A program made the position numbers and the translations under genes. A stretch of DNA of 64,000 bases from an uncultured Spirochaetota bacterium (GTDB taxonomy: Bacteria; Spirochaetota; Brevinematia; Brevinematales; JAOACQ01), in assembly GCA_963768055.1 (NCBI GenBank), contig CAVYGN010000001.1, forward strand, positions 1,184,001 through 1,248,000, read 5' to 3'. The notes under the pieces are model-generated. The model had not been told where the DNA came from. It did no database searches and saw only the letters and a program-made list of their open reading frames with translations. Of the stretch, positions 27,900 to 37,075 are shown piece by piece (the stretch's first letter is position 1; every line of letters begins with the position of its first letter).

Positions 27900-28622
27900 T
27901 TACAGGGCTTCAGGAAGGCCGATAAAGGATAACATTCTCTTACCGTTATCGCCTCCTCGGTATGAATAAAACAAAGGATTTTTACTGCACTTAGTACATA
28001 AAGAGGCTTTTTTAATATTATCTGACAAAATTCCAACAGCAATTAAATCTTCAATTAGCCCTGACTCAAGGTCCAGAAATATTTTGCCGTCCCTTGATTC
28101 ATAATGAACGTTTTCGAATTCTTCAATCAATTCATGACCTACATTATAACAGCATTTCCGGATATGCGGCCCTATAAGGACATGAAGCCTTTCAGGCCCG
28201 ATATCCAGGCGTTCTTTAATTTTTTCCACTATTTTCATATGTATCTTGCCTTTTATTCCCTTCCAACCCGCATGTACTATCCCGGCGACTTTTAATCCGG
28301 CATCGGCATATAAAACAGGAATACAGTCCGCTGTAAGAACGCCAAGCAATAACTCCCTGACATCAGTAAAAATTCCGTCTCCTTCGATCAATGGGTAGTC
28401 CTGTAAGGGATTAACCAGGAATTTTTTTATATTGGCGGAATCGATAAAATGAACCTGATCTGAATGAACCTGTTTCAAGGCTGCAAGTCCCGTAAATCCC
28501 AGCCTCCGGACTATCGAACCGCCGGCATCAGCCATATCCTGAGCAAAGTTCCTGCCCCTTAAAGTCGTACCGGCATTCAACCGTCCGCCTAAAAAATCTT
28601 GATAAGTTAAAATATCGGACAT
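27900..28622 (-). CDS. pgeF: YfiH/PgeF-family protein (peptidoglycan editing factor / purine nucleoside phosphorylase)
   Basis: QVHS, GDG, LTADCIPV, VHAGWKG, IGPHIRKCCY, CT.C, FYSYR. Confidence 0.9.
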   Translation of the reverse strand: MSDILTYQDFLGGRLNAGTTLRGRNFAQDMADAGGSIVRRLGFTGLAALKQVHSDQVHFIDSANIKKFLVNPLQDYPLIEGDGIFTDVRELLLGVLTADCIPVLYADAGLKVAGIVHAGWKGIKGKIHMKIVEKIKERLDIGPERLHVLIGPHIRKCCYNVGHELIEEFENVHYESRDGKIFLDLESGLIEDLIAVGILSDNIKKASLCTKCSKNPLFYSYRGGDNGKRMLSFIGLPEAL

Positions 28623-30377
28623 TTAAGGAACTTTGAAGACCAGGATGGTCATATCATCCCACTGGGGAGCTCCGTTCGACCACAAATCGATTTCCCTGAA
28701 GATGATGTTTACAATAGTCGATGAGTTTAAAGAAGAATATTCCTTTATTAATTTTTTAAGCCTTTCAAGCCCGAAATCGGCGCCCTTGTCGTTTACAGCG
28801 TCAATGATGCCATCCGTGAAGCAGAATACCAGATCGCCCTGATCAAGCTGGATGCTTGAAGATATGTAATTCTCGGATTTTGTAATTCCAAGCGGAATAC
28901 CCTTGCTTGAAAGAGAATCGAATTGCCCCGTCCTCGTTTTGTAAACATATTGGAGATTATGTCCGGCGTTCGAATATTCCAGGATCCTCCTGTTCAAGTC
29001 AAGACTGCCGTAAAACATCGTAACGAACATCCCTACTCTCGAATCTTCAACAAGAATATCATTTGAATATTCCAGGAGCCTGTGAGGTTCCTTGGTATGA
29101 AACGCGTAGGCTTTCACCACGCTTCTGGATACAGCCATATATAAGGATGCCGGTAGGCCTTTCCCCGAAACATCTCCTATTACGAATCCGATCCTGCTCG
29201 GGGTTAATGTATATATATCGTAAAAATCCCCGCCGACAACTTCAGCCGTCTGCATCTTCGCAAACACCGATATATTTTTAAAGGTATTGAAATCGCTTAT
29301 CAGCAGGGCATTTTGAAGGGTTTTCATGATATCGATTTCCTTTTTGATCTTTTCATGCTCGAGCTGTTCATTATAACTCAATATGCTTTCATATGTATGG
29401 CCTACCTGGTTGGCGATCGTCCTCAGTGTTTTTATCATTTCAGGCGTGTATCGAGCCCATTTTTTAGGTTCGGAAATATTGATAACTCCGACGCATATGT
29501 TTTTAATCTTGATAGGGGTGCAGATAAAGCTTGCATTTTTATACCTGAACCGTTTGTTCCTGCCCAGACCGGTCTTTTCAATATCGTTTGAATAAATTGT
29601 TTTACCCTGCTTCATAGCCCTGCTCGATATTTTATCTATATCGAGGCTGTGTTCCATTTTTTCCACTACATCCTGAGGCATGCCGATGGCACTCTCAATG
29701 TGAAGATTGCCTGTTTTTTCATTAATAAACATTATTGATACACGGTGCGAATTGAAGATTTTCGACAGCAGTTCTACAATCTTTGAGAAGAGAACCTTCC
29801 TGTCATATGTAAGATTTGTGAGATTGGATATCTGGTAAAGATATTCCAGTTCTTTGGCCCTTGTTTGTATAGCCTTATATAACAGGGCATTAGCAATGGC
29901 TGTTGCAGCCTGTTCGGCAAACTGTTTCAATAGCATTACGTCATCGTCTGTAAATATTTTTTTGGCGGGATTTATTACCTCGATGACCCCTATCGATTTT
30001 TCATTGTGGATCAGGGGCATTGCAAGGAGATTTTTTGTTTTCAGATTGGTCTTTTCATCGACCCCTTTGTAAAACCTTTCATCCTTTTCCGCATCGTAAA
30101 CGATGACATGCTCCTTGGTCTGAGCCGCATATCCTGCAATGCCTTTTCCCTTAGGAACTATTACATCGCTGAGGGCGTCTGCATTTTCTCCAAACGCTAC
30201 CTCGAAAAACATGTTGTTGGTATCAGGGTCTACAAGCAGAATGGATGCGCCTTCCGCATTCAGGAGAACGCCGGAATAATGAGAAATGTCATTCAGAATG
30301 CTGCGTACATCCTCAATCGAGTTGATCTTCCTGTTTATATCAAGTACTGCCTGTAAATCTTCTATCTTTAAAGCCAT
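28623..30377 (-). CDS. GAF-GAF-PP2C (SpoIIE/RsbU-type) protein phosphatase
   Basis: Two GAF domains, VGGDFYD, GDVSGKG, SNAGH, TDGI, DDMT. Confidence 0.93.
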   Translation of the reverse strand: MALKIEDLQAVLDINRKINSIEDVRSILNDISHYSGVLLNAEGASILLVDPDTNNMFFEVAFGENADALSDVIVPKGKGIAGYAAQTKEHVIVYDAEKDERFYKGVDEKTNLKTKNLLAMPLIHNEKSIGVIEVINPAKKIFTDDDVMLLKQFAEQAATAIANALLYKAIQTRAKELEYLYQISNLTNLTYDRKVLFSKIVELLSKIFNSHRVSIMFINEKTGNLHIESAIGMPQDVVEKMEHSLDIDKISSRAMKQGKTIYSNDIEKTGLGRNKRFRYKNASFICTPIKIKNICVGVINISEPKKWARYTPEMIKTLRTIANQVGHTYESILSYNEQLEHEKIKKEIDIMKTLQNALLISDFNTFKNISVFAKMQTAEVVGGDFYDIYTLTPSRIGFVIGDVSGKGLPASLYMAVSRSVVKAYAFHTKEPHRLLEYSNDILVEDSRVGMFVTMFYGSLDLNRRILEYSNAGHNLQYVYKTRTGQFDSLSSKGIPLGITKSENYISSSIQLDQGDLVFCFTDGIIDAVNDKGADFGLERLKKLIKEYSSLNSSTIVNIIFREIDLWSNGAPQWDDMTILVFKVP

Positions 30378-30401
30378 TTTCCCTCTCCCTTACGCCCTTT
30401 T

Positions 30402-31547
30402 TTAGAGAGCGGCGGAAAATATTTCATGGATCTCGCTTCTCCCGGCAGGCCTTGGGGTATATGATAAAAATTCATATTCCGAACCAATCTGAGCGGCTTT
30501 ATTGATGATTTCCTGTTCGATTTTATATTCCATCAGCCGTTGAGGAATATGAAGGTCCATCATTAATCTCCTTATGGATTCAATAGCCATAATGGCCGCT
30601 TCAATGACTGTTATATCGGCGACTTTTTCGCCGAGAGCCATTGCGATCTGGATGAACTTGTTGGCGGCGGCTGTCAGGTTAAACTCCATAACATGCGGTA
30701 ATATAACTCCGGAGCCTATCTGCTGTGCAATATCCGATGCTGAAGAAAGTCCCATGGAACAGGCCGCCGACAATCCCGGGGACGATCCGTATACTGCAAG
30801 AGAAGCCAGAAGAGTTCCAATAGAGAGGTTTCCCTTTATCTTCGTATTGGCCGGTTCCAGGGCAAGTCTTTTCAAATTGACGCTCAGATACTCTATAGCT
30901 TTAAGGCTCATAGAATCGGAGATTGGGTTTGACTTTTTAGAAATATAAGCGTCGAAGGAATAAGAAATGCCTTCAAGACTCGAATATATTAAATCATTCA
31001 GTGGGACATCCTCGGTGATCAAAGGATCGATTATCAGGGCTTCCGCATAAGAAGTTTTATCGGAATAAGGCTTTCTGATCCTGTCTGTTTCATCAATCAC
31101 ATATGTAATCGGAATTATACCCCAGGTAACGACCTGGATTGACGGCACCTCTATGTAACGGACTTTTTTAACGTTTATCCATTTGCCGCCTTTATGTTCC
31201 CCTTTAGATACTTCCTGGGTGCTGAATTGTGCTATGCATTTCGCAACCGATAGGACGTTTTCTCCGCCTACTCCGATTACAACATCCGTGCGGCTTGTTT
31301 TTGCTATGTTAACACCCTCGAAAAGATCCTTGGTGCTTGCATTGGATGGAATTTCATAGATGATTATGTCATAAGCATAACCTTCGATAAGCCTTTTGAT
31401 CTTCTGGGTAAGTCCGGTTTCAGAATACTTTTTTTCGCAGACCATAATGACTTTTTCATTATTCGGACAGGCGATTTCAGAAAGTTTCTGCAAGCTGTCC
31501 GCGCCGCAGATAATATTTGTCGGAATCTGAAATTCTATCAAGGCCAT
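30402..31547 (-). CDS. Iron-containing alcohol dehydrogenase-fold protein with degenerate active site
   Basis: F..PTNIICG, IGVGG..LSVAK, IIDP, SNPISD, ILPHVMEFN, L.IPQRL; the metal-ligand histidines are missing. Confidence 0.8.
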   Translation of the reverse strand: MALIEFQIPTNIICGADSLQKLSEIACPNNEKVIMVCEKKYSETGLTQKIKRLIEGYAYDIIIYEIPSNASTKDLFEGVNIAKTSRTDVVIGVGGENVLSVAKCIAQFSTQEVSKGEHKGGKWINVKKVRYIEVPSIQVVTWGIIPITYVIDETDRIRKPYSDKTSYAEALIIDPLITEDVPLNDLIYSSLEGISYSFDAYISKKSNPISDSMSLKAIEYLSVNLKRLALEPANTKIKGNLSIGTLLASLAVYGSSPGLSAACSMGLSSASDIAQQIGSGVILPHVMEFNLTAAANKFIQIAMALGEKVADITVIEAAIMAIESIRRLMMDLHIPQRLMEYKIEQEIINKAAQIGSEYEFLSYTPRPAGRSEIHEIFSAAL

Positions 31548-31627
31548 TAAGATTCTCCCATCTCGAACAATAGTTTACCATGAATCAGCTCTTTTGCACA
31601 AGTTCGATTAATGATTATCGGTAGTAT

Positions 31628-32542
31628 TTATTTTATAAATAAGTTAAGTAAATATATGATACCCGAGAGGCTTACTATGCTTAGAAGAAGGGATGCCAGG
31701 ACTATTTCACTGGCAAGCTTGACATCACTGTTAAAATGGCTTGCAAGTATGGAGCAGTAAATTGCGGAAGGCATAGCTATCTGGGTCAATGTTACCTTTA
31801 AATCAAAACCTTTTAACCCGAAGAGCAGGAGAAGCGGAAAAGCAATGAGCGGTATTATCACAAGTTTAGCAAAGCTTATTAAAAAAACGCTTAAAAATTT
31901 CTTTTTTATATGAATATCTGAAAGGGTTATGCCTACGAAAAGAAGATTCAGGGTTATTCCGCTGTAGCCAAGTTCCCTGACACTGTTCAATACCTGGCCC
32001 GGAATAGGAATTTTGAAATAATTCAGGGCCATGGCAGCTACAAAGGAATAAAAAACCGGTATTTTCAGCATTTGTAAAAATGCGTCTCTCGCATTGCTCT
32101 TATCGGAAGCTGCAATAAAAACTCCGGCCGTATGTGTATAAAAAATGTAAAAGACCATGGCCAAAGTGCCTAATAAAAGGCCCTCTTTTCCGAACGCATA
32201 CTGCGTGACCGGAAGGCCGAAATTTCCCGAATTCGTGAGTATAAGCGCCAGAAGAAGGATCGTTTTAAAAGCCCTTTCAAAGTGAAAAATCACATCGAGC
32301 AGTTCTACCGCAAGTATAGTTAAAATAATAGTGATGGTAATAACAATAAAAATATTCAGGGTCGTGCCTGAAAAAAAATCCTTATTTTCGTAAATCGATG
32401 AAAACACAAGCGCAGGTGTAAGCAAATATATAGATATAGTTGAAAATGATTTCCTGTTAACTGGAAATAATTTCCCAATTAAATAACCCGCAGCAAAAAT
32501 CAGGACAACAGGGAACAATACATTATAAAAGACTTCAAGCAT
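31628..32542 (-). CDS. AEC (auxin efflux carrier) family transporter
   Basis: About 10 TM, PALVF, NSGNFGLP, KLVIIP, AMPSA. Confidence 0.9.
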   Translation of the reverse strand: MLEVFYNVLFPVVLIFAAGYLIGKLFPVNRKSFSTISIYLLTPALVFSSIYENKDFFSGTTLNIFIVITITIILTILAVELLDVIFHFERAFKTILLLALILTNSGNFGLPVTQYAFGKEGLLLGTLAMVFYIFYTHTAGVFIAASDKSNARDAFLQMLKIPVFYSFVAAMALNYFKIPIPGQVLNSVRELGYSGITLNLLFVGITLSDIHIKKKFLSVFLISFAKLVIIPLIAFPLLLLFGLKGFDLKVTLTQIAMPSAIYCSILASHFNSDVKLASEIVLASLLLSIVSLSGIIYLLNLFIK

Positions 32543-32545
32543 CCT

Positions 32546-33883
32546 TTACAATCTCTTTAATTTATTTTTATAATAGTTTAAAACATTGGGCTCTTTTTTA
32601 ACTTCCCTGCCTATCCGGATATCGGGACATATCAGGCCTTCTTCCCTTTTCTTTTCAAGCAGTTTACTGATTTCAGCTGCCAATTTCTGGGGCTGGATCG
32701 GATTAATATATATCTTTGTATTTCCTTCAAAACCTGCGGGAGTATGAATACGTAATTTTATGCATATATGCCAGGGAAGGCTGTAAACCGAATCGAAGGG
32801 GGCATAATACCATTCCTCGTTGCATGTAGTCTGACTCGTAATGACCGAATGAATTGAATGCACTAGATCGCTCATTCCCTTGATTTCTTCACTTGTCTGT
32901 TCAAACGGCCTGCTGGTCGGGCTCTTGGAATATACAACGACTGTAGGAAAGCGGTGGCCTATCTCGGATACAGCGATGGCATGATCGTTCTCTGCGATTA
33001 TCATTGAATGATAAATGCCGAAATTAATTGAAAATTCATTATAAAGATTTGGATTTTTTACAAGTTCCGCCATTTCCCTTTCCATCTGAACGCCCCATTC
33101 GTCCAATCCGACAAGCTGTTTATGAAGATGGTCAAAGGATGCTCCGGCAGGCCTTAGCCAGTTCTGGAAAACGCTTATATACCTGATAAACGGATTTTGA
33201 TCATAAATATCTCTCAGGCTTTCGGCTGTAAATAAAATGTATTGAAAATGCTCTTCAACAGTCAGTTCTCCCGATGAACAAAGTTCGTTAGAAAACCGGG
33301 CTCCATCTTTATAATGGCGTTTCCCGATTATAAGGTCGTGAGAACCTCCGAAAAAGGGGTTTAATTTTTCTATTTTCTCATACTCGGGCATTGAGTCAAA
33401 ATCAGATTCGATCCTTTTCGATTTCAATTCAAGCATTTTCATCGCATGAATATAGCCTTTAGAACTGTTCAGATATTTTTCTTTCCAATCCCTGTTAGTT
33501 TTATTCATTTTGAAATGATAGTTTTTAGACCAATAATCATAGGTAACTATTTCAAAAAGGTTTCCGACCCGTCTGAAATCTGCGGAACATTCCTTGATTT
33601 TTTCCGGGTCCATTCTGTAATATTTTCTCCATTCCCCGCCGGGGTCAGGTTCTCTTATGATCCTGGCCTTTTCCGGAGTGCATAATTCATACTTCGAACA
33701 GCAAAAGTCGCAGTAGTCCTCCGGACTTTTATGCGATAGGGGCAGAGGATTTTCAGTAACCCCGTTAAAAATCGGCCCTCTTTTTCTTTCTTCAACGCAC
33801 CACACTTCAGTGCCGTTGTACGGATTCACCTGTTTCAACGTTCCGTCGGGCATCCTCTGATAATATTTATCATAGAACGACAT
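32546..33883 (-). CDS. DUF4921 family protein (GalT-like HIT fold)
   Basis: MPDGTLKQVNP..GTEVW, CDFC, TPEKAR, NLFEIV, FQNW..PAGASFDHLHKQL, TPAGFEG.TKIY; start at ATG 33883. Confidence 0.8.
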   Translation of the reverse strand: MSFYDKYYQRMPDGTLKQVNPYNGTEVWCVEERKRGPIFNGVTENPLPLSHKSPEDYCDFCCSKYELCTPEKARIIREPDPGGEWRKYYRMDPEKIKECSADFRRVGNLFEIVTYDYWSKNYHFKMNKTNRDWKEKYLNSSKGYIHAMKMLELKSKRIESDFDSMPEYEKIEKLNPFFGGSHDLIIGKRHYKDGARFSNELCSSGELTVEEHFQYILFTAESLRDIYDQNPFIRYISVFQNWLRPAGASFDHLHKQLVGLDEWGVQMEREMAELVKNPNLYNEFSINFGIYHSMIIAENDHAIAVSEIGHRFPTVVVYSKSPTSRPFEQTSEEIKGMSDLVHSIHSVITSQTTCNEEWYYAPFDSVYSLPWHICIKLRIHTPAGFEGNTKIYINPIQPQKLAAEISKLLEKKREEGLICPDIRIGREVKKEPNVLNYYKNKLKRL

Positions 33884-33999
33884 AGTTACCGGTCCTTCTT
33901 CAGTATTAGAGCAGCTGGAAATTATAAAATTCGAAAGTAAATAAATCAATAAATAACAAGCCATATGTCGATTCCAGACAAGTTTGTGATTTATTTACT

Positions 34000-34028
34000 T
34001 TGACATTTATAAAAAAATGCAATAATAT
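34000..34028 (+). promoter_or_regulatory. Sigma70-type promoter of the discoidin lipoprotein gene (about 150-nt leader)
   Basis: TTGACA-17 nt-TAATAT. Confidence 0.55.
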
Positions 34029-34182
34029 GTATTAATTTTGGGCATTTATACAAAAAAGCGGTTAATTTCGATTTTTTAAGGTTGCAATGTGCCCTTTTAG
34101 GCTAACCCTGCCGCTAAAAATAAGTAATTGTATGTTTATAGTTAAAATTCGGGGTTTATTACCCTGTAAAAGGAGATAAAGT

Positions 34183-34692
34183 ATGGTCAGAAAAATTACT
34201 CTGGGTGTTTTACTTGGCGCTTTAGTCTTATGTTTTGCCGGTTGTGGCGAAAGCAAACCTGAAAAATCAAAGACGGACCTGGCTTTGAATAAGAAAGCCG
34301 TAGCCTCTTCCTTTGAAAAGGCGAACAAGTACAGCGACATGAAAGACCTTGTCGCCGCTTATGCCGTGGATGGAGATACTAAAACCCGTTGGGGTTCGGG
34401 TTGGAGCGATGATCCGGATCCGAACGTCGCCTGGATATATGTCGACCTCGGCGCCAGCATGCCCTTCCAGGAAGTTAAAATCAAATGGGAACCTTCCAAA
34501 GCAGTGGATTATAATATTGAAACTTCGGACGACGCCAATACCTGGACTGTCGTAAAAGCTGTGACCGGCAATGTTGTGGCGGATAATGATATCATCCTGG
34601 ATAAGCCCGTTACAGCCCGATATGTAAAGATAAATTGCAAAAAGCGTTCATCGCAGTACGGGTATTCGATATTTGAAATCTGGATTTACTGA
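34183..34692 (+). CDS. Discoidin / F5-8 type C (CBM32-like) lipoprotein
   Basis: Lipobox FAGC, DLALNKKAVASS, AVDGDTKTRW, WIYVDLG, ARYVKI, GYSIFE. Confidence 0.9.
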   Translation: MVRKITLGVLLGALVLCFAGCGESKPEKSKTDLALNKKAVASSFEKANKYSDMKDLVAAYAVDGDTKTRWGSGWSDDPDPNVAWIYVDLGASMPFQEVKIKWEPSKAVDYNIETSDDANTWTVVKAVTGNVVADNDIILDKPVTARYVKINCKKRSSQYGYSIFEIWIY

Positions 34693-34739
34693 TCGTTTTT
34701 ACATTAAAAGGATATGATTTTTCGGCATTAATCTGATTG

Positions 34740-34782
34740 ACTTTAACCCTGCCCGACTTCGCCTTCCGGGCAGGGTTAAAGT
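34740..34782 (+). terminator. 16-bp perfect hairpin downstream of the discoidin gene
   Basis: ACTTTAACCCTGCCCG-11 nt-CGGGCAGGGTTAAAGT followed by a short T run. Confidence 0.6.
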
Positions 34783-34890
34783 TTTAAGGACCGGGCTCGA
34801 CAGCCGGAAGTTCGGAACGCCCGCTCTTACCCGGGTTTATGAATTATATGACTGACTGCTCCGAATATATTAACTCATTGAAATAGAATT

Positions 34891-34925
34891 ACGGCGGAAG
34901 CGAATGAAACTTCCGCCGTTTTTTT
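34891..34925 (+). terminator. Rho-independent terminator about 30 nt upstream of the next ATG
   Basis: ACGGCGGAAG-cgaatgaaa-CTTCCGCCGT followed by a T tract. Confidence 0.75.
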
Positions 34926-34956
34926 CGCCGCGTTTATAATAAATGGGGATATTTGT

Positions 34957-35727
34957 ATGTATTTTATAAAGATAATAAAAGAATCGATAAAAAGCATAAA
35001 AAAATATTATATTTACTTTTTCATTGCGGCTTTGATAGGAGCGGCCAATCCTTTCTTTTTAATAATTGTTCTAAGGTCGATAAGGGAAATCCTTTCCCCC
35101 GTCCGATTCGGCGATCTGTCCTCGTTTCTTACCTCTAACTATTTCAGAATTTCTTTTTATTCATTTGTGATCTTTACAGTTCAGGGATTTTTTCCGCTTT
35201 CTATTTTCTCTATGGACGTTCAGAACAGCTTTTTGGACAATGAAAAGCCAGGCCTAAAAATATTTTTCAAGGGATTCGGCCGTTCTCTTCTCCGCACGAT
35301 CATACCCTCGATTTTCATGACCTTCATTTACGGCGCTCTGACCCTTTTATTTATTTCAATAGGGCTTTTCTATTTTTATAACATAAAAAACACAGTTATT
35401 TTGCTGGCCATAATATGCTTCATCTTTTTATCATACCTTTTCCTGCTGATAACCGAATATTTCTTTACACCGATGTTCGTGATGTATAAAAAACTTAAAT
35501 TCAGCGATATCCTGAAATATTCAATGGAGATTGCGGTAAGAAACGCACCGCGTGTACTGCTGATATTTATCGTCGATCTCGTCATTTTGATTTTATTAAC
35601 ACTTGCATGGAACGCGTCGATTTTATTTTATTTCGGAATTTCGAATATTCTGAGGCTTTATATGTTCAGGGAAATAATATCCGTGTACGAATTTCCTCCG
35701 GTTACCGGCTATTTGAGGCGTCGATAG
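34957..35727 (+). CDS. Hypothetical integral membrane protein
   Basis: 256 aa, 5-6 hydrophobic helices, no recognisable motif. Confidence 0.7.
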   Translation: MYFIKIIKESIKSIKKYYIYFFIAALIGAANPFFLIIVLRSIREILSPVRFGDLSSFLTSNYFRISFYSFVIFTVQGFFPLSIFSMDVQNSFLDNEKPGLKIFFKGFGRSLLRTIIPSIFMTFIYGALTLLFISIGLFYFYNIKNTVILLAIICFIFLSYLFLLITEYFFTPMFVMYKKLKFSDILKYSMEIAVRNAPRVLLIFIVDLVILILLTLAWNASILFYFGISNILRLYMFREIISVYEFPPVTGYLRRR

Positions 35728-37072
35728 CAGTGATTTTTTCATGAAATTCCCTGGTAATAGGGTAAAATAACAGAAATACCGATCCTATTATTATTAAAAT
35801 TACCGGTATTATACTTAAAAGCAATTTAATTCCGCCCAAAGCCTCGGCAGTCTGCTTTATTATTCCGCCGGCATTGGCGGATTGAAAGTGCGACACCGAA
35901 AGAACAACCCCGTTGATCAGGAAAGAAACGGCCATACCCAGCTTTTGAATGAAAAACCAGATCCCGTAATAAAGTCCCTCGCTCCTTTTTCCATGAAGGT
36001 ATTCCCCGTAATCGACAACATCCGGGAGTATAGACCATAGGATAACAAAGAAAGTTGATAAACCTATTCCGGCTATGACAACAAATAAATAGAAAACCGG
36101 ATACCCAAGCGTAAGGCCGATTCCGGATATTATGACTATTGAAGCGGCTAAAACAACCGAGCCTGATAACAGCGCCGCTTTTTTCCCGAATTTCCTGGAA
36201 ACTGCAGTCCAGACCGGTAAAGCGAAAATGGAGGATATGATCAACACCCCCATGATCAGGCTGGATGAAAAACCTGTCAAACCCAGGTTGTAATTGATAT
36301 AATATACGAATATCGAAGAAAGGCCTGTGGTTGCAAGGGAATAAAAGAAAAAGGAACCCAGAAGAATTACAAAAGGTTTGTTCTTAAAAGTGTTCAAATA
36401 GTACTGCAGCTTGAATCCATGCTTTTCCCTGGCGACAGTATCATGCCCTCTAGTTGACAAATACGACGCTATTCCCGATATAACCATGATAATGCCGAAT
36501 ATGACGCTCATAGCCATATACCCCTGGGAAGATTTCAGCTGGCCTTTTGGAGAAAAAAGCGATACTATGATTTCAACCGCCCCGGCGCCTATAATGGTAG
36601 CAAGTAGTGAGAAAACAATCCGAACAGCGGTAAGAGAGGTTCTTTCATGATAATCCGCAGTCAAATCCGCGGTCATAGCGCCGTATGGGACATTGTAAAC
36701 CGTAAAAAACGTGCTGAACAATACAAAAAGTAATGCATAAAAAATAAATCTGAAAATCAGGCTTCCGCCAATAGGCAGCCATATAAATATGAAAGCTGCA
36801 GCAAAGGGAATTATGGACAAAATCAGCCAGAAACGGTGCTTGCCTTTTTTTGAAACAGTATTATCGACAAGCATGCCCATGAAAGGGTCCGCGATGCCGT
36901 CCCAGGCCCTCCCAAGAAGAAGAACCATGCCGGAAAGATAGCCGGGAAGGCCGATCATTGCATTTAGAAAAAAAAGGTAATGAAAGTTTATAGTTTGAAA
37001 TGCCAGTCCGGCGACCAAATCCCCTATTCCGTATCCTATCTTTATTCCAGTAGTAAGTTTATTCTTTTTCAT
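35702..37072 (-). CDS. MFS transporter, GPH/MelB (MFS_2) family
   Basis: KIGYGIGD, WDGIADPFMG, G.HRFW, NVPYGAM, ERT.L, PDVVDY, EGLYYG. Confidence 0.92.
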   Translation of the reverse strand: MKKNKLTTGIKIGYGIGDLVAGLAFQTINFHYLFFLNAMIGLPGYLSGMVLLLGRAWDGIADPFMGMLVDNTVSKKGKHRFWLILSIIPFAAAFIFIWLPIGGSLIFRFIFYALLFVLFSTFFTVYNVPYGAMTADLTADYHERTSLTAVRIVFSLLATIIGAGAVEIIVSLFSPKGQLKSSQGYMAMSVIFGIIMVISGIASYLSTRGHDTVAREKHGFKLQYYLNTFKNKPFVILLGSFFFYSLATTGLSSIFVYYINYNLGLTGFSSSLIMGVLIISSIFALPVWTAVSRKFGKKAALLSGSVVLAASIVIISGIGLTLGYPVFYLFVVIAGIGLSTFFVILWSILPDVVDYGEYLHGKRSEGLYYGIWFFIQKLGMAVSFLINGVVLSVSHFQSANAGGIIKQTAEALGGIKLLLSIIPVILIIIGSVFLLFYPITREFHEKITAIDASNSR

Positions 37073-37075
37073 TAT

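Noticed and set aside
34785..34835. GGCTCGACAG resembling a tmRNA 5' end or tRNA T-loop
   Set aside because: No GGGG 5' acceptor stem, cloverleaf, CCA end or room for a tag reading frame
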